From assembly GCA_002331255.1 (NCBI GenBank), contig DCZD01000002.1:101077-165076 (forward strand): 64,000 bases of DNA, read 5' to 3'. A program made the position numbers and the translations under genes. Below, in pieces: positions 62,936 through 64,000 of the stretch. The stretch's first letter is position 1. The number at the start of each line of letters is the position of its first letter. A model generated the notes under the pieces. That model saw only the letters and a program-made list of their open reading frames with translations. It ran no database searches and was not told the DNA's origin. Source of the DNA: Acidimicrobiaceae bacterium UBA2093. Lineage in GTDB: Bacteria > Actinomycetota > Acidimicrobiia > Acidimicrobiales > Ilumatobacteraceae.

Positions 62936-63439
62936 ATGAGTGAAAAAACAGGTGACAAACCTCTTCGTGTTCGTATGCCCATCGGCATCGATTACAAGTG
63001 GTGTGCCGGTCCGGCGTCGACTGATTATCTAACAGGCCTGAAAGATGGCCGGCTCTTCGGACGCCGGTGCCCAGTGTGTGAGCTGGTGTATTTCCCCCCA
63101 CGTAACGGCGTATGTGCGCGCGATGGCGTCATGCTCGGTGAGTCAGTCGAAGTAGGCCCGAAAGGAACCATCTCGACGTTCTGCATCGTCAACGTTCCGT
63201 TTCTCGGACAAACGATCAAACTTCCATACGTTGCTGCCACCATCATTCTCGATGGCGCTCATCTCGGCTTCTCGCACCTCATTCAAGAGTGCGAAGCAAG
63301 CGAAGTACGCATGGGAATGCGCGTCGAGCCAGTATGGCGCGACAAAGCCGAGTGGGACTATTCGCTCGAAAACATCTTGTACTTCAAACCATCGGGCGAA
63401 CCCGATGCACCCTTTGACGATTACGAGAGGCACCTCTGA
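62936..63439 (+). CDS. DUF35 OB-fold/zinc-ribbon protein (ribbon partly degenerate)
   Basis: 167 aa with RRCPVCELVYFPPRNGVCARDG (CxxC-x11-CxxD), GTISTFCIV and GMRVEPVW. Confidence 0.75.
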   Translation: MSEKTGDKPLRVRMPIGIDYKWCAGPASTDYLTGLKDGRLFGRRCPVCELVYFPPRNGVCARDGVMLGESVEVGPKGTISTFCIVNVPFLGQTIKLPYVAATIILDGAHLGFSHLIQECEASEVRMGMRVEPVWRDKAEWDYSLENILYFKPSGEPDAPFDDYERHL

Positions 63440-64000
63440 TGCGTGATGTAGCGATTGTCGCGTTTTCCGAAGGTCCAGTGACTTTCGGTAGCACGAGTAC
63501 TCCGGTCGAGATGATTGTTCCGACCGTCCATGACGTTCTGAAGCAAGCCGGAATCGAACGCACTGACGTTGACTTCTGGTGTCATGGCAGCTGTGACTAC
63601 ATGACCGGCCAGCCGTTCAGTTTCGTGTCGGCAGTCGACGCACTCGGTGCATGGCCACCGATCATCGAGAGCCACGTCGAGATGGACGGTGCGTGGGCGC
63701 TGTACGAAGCATGGATCAAGATCCAAACCGGCGAGGCTGAAGTGGCACTCGTATTTGGAAACGGCAAGAGCAGTGCTGGCGACATGAACAGGGCGTTGAG
63801 CCTGCAACAAGATCCATACACCGTCGCACCACTGTGGCCCGGAATGACGGCGATGGAGGGTCTCGGTGCGTGCGCCGCATTGCAGGCCGGCACGGTGACC
63901 GAGCGGCAGATGGCAGAGGCCGCGTCTCGTGCACGGCGTGACGGTGCCAAGAATGGCAACGTCCTGGTGTCAGGGAATGAATCGGCAGATGAACTCTTGT
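63439..64000 (+). CDS. thiolase-fold (SCP-x/Ltp-like) protein, N-terminal 187 aa, runs off the right edge
   Basis: Absent from the ORF track. ATG 63439 overlaps the upstream TGA by 1 nt. Translation: MRDVAIVAFSEGPVTFGS...DVDFWCHGSCDYMTGQPFSFVSAVDALG...HVEMDGAWALYEAWIKIQTGEAEVALVFGNGKSS.... The helix that normally starts with the nucleophile Cys reads EMDGAW, so there is no Cys at that position by eye. Confidence 0.75.
   Translation, partial: MRDVAIVAFSEGPVTFGSTSTPVEMIVPTVHDVLKQAGIERTDVDFWCHGSCDYMTGQPFSFVSAVDALGAWPPIIESHVEMDGAWALYEAWIKIQTGEAEVALVFGNGKSSAGDMNRALSLQQDPYTVAPLWPGMTAMEGLGACAALQAGTVTERQMAEAASRARRDGAKNGNVLVSGNESADELL

Noticed and set aside
1-64000. Search for rRNA, tRNA, CRISPR arrays, IS elements/transposases, integrases, phage genes, toxin-antitoxin pairs and defence systems.
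   Set aside because: No spacer is longer than about 160 nt. None shows tRNA-like or repeat-spacer structure. No ORF has transposase, integrase or nuclease-type motifs that I can recognise. The scan was by eye only, so a tRNAscan/Infernal/ISfinder run would be the formal check.

Overview
This window is moderately GC-rich (judged by eye, not computed) and very gene-dense: about 60 protein genes with almost no spacer DNA. I found no rRNA, tRNA, CRISPR array, transposase or integrase.

The whole window reads as one paralogue-rich catabolic island working on CoA thioesters. Its content resembles loci in steroid-, bile-acid- or isoprenoid-degrading Actinobacteria-like organisms, or other high-GC lineages rich in luciferase-like (LLM) oxidoreductases. 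The taxon cannot be fixed from the sequence alone.

Gene content:
- 6 acyl-CoA dehydrogenase (ACAD) genes arranged as three long/short (alpha/beta) pairs
- 6 AMP-forming CoA ligases
- 7 SDRs, three of them Hsd4A-like and one 3alpha-HSD-like
- 6 LLM oxidoreductases
- 4 PF04909-type amidohydrolases plus 1 Amidohydro_3-type amidohydrolase
- 3 crotonases plus one crotonase remnant
- 3 thiolase-fold proteins, 2 MaoC hydratases and 3 DUF35 modules
- single copies of a family-III CoA-transferase, a FadH/BaiCD-type Fe-S flavoprotein, a Cys-type arylsulfatase, a TauD-family dioxygenase, a limonene-epoxide-hydrolase-family protein, two NTF2-fold proteins, a TetR regulator and a Liv-type ABC importer with a fused permease

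Two edge genes are missing from the ORF track. One is a cytochrome P450 N-terminus (1..477, minus strand). The other is a thiolase-like gene (63439..64000, plus strand).

The left end (1..5364) is an igr-like steroid side-chain operon (fadE-chsH2-fadE-chsH1-ltp2-cyp) held together by ATGA overlaps.

Main hunting results:
1. A 17-bp palindrome, TCTGAC-N5-GTCAGA, occurs four times, each at the head of an operon. It is a candidate operator for the single TetR.
2. The plus-strand operon 8315..16985 plus the adjacent CoA-transferase reproduces most protein families of the bile-acid bai pathway.
3. PF04909 amidohydrolases recur next to CoA ligases, a pairing with no described function.
4. Two proteins of unknown family are embedded in tightly coupled operons: a 371-aa protein and a DUF2889-like protein coupled to an ACAD pair.
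5. Two genes are decayed: an aldehyde dehydrogenase and a crotonase.
6. A sulfate-ester/taurine theme appears, comprising a sulfatase and a TauD-family enzyme.

All functional calls come from motif and architecture recognition by eye. No database search was run.
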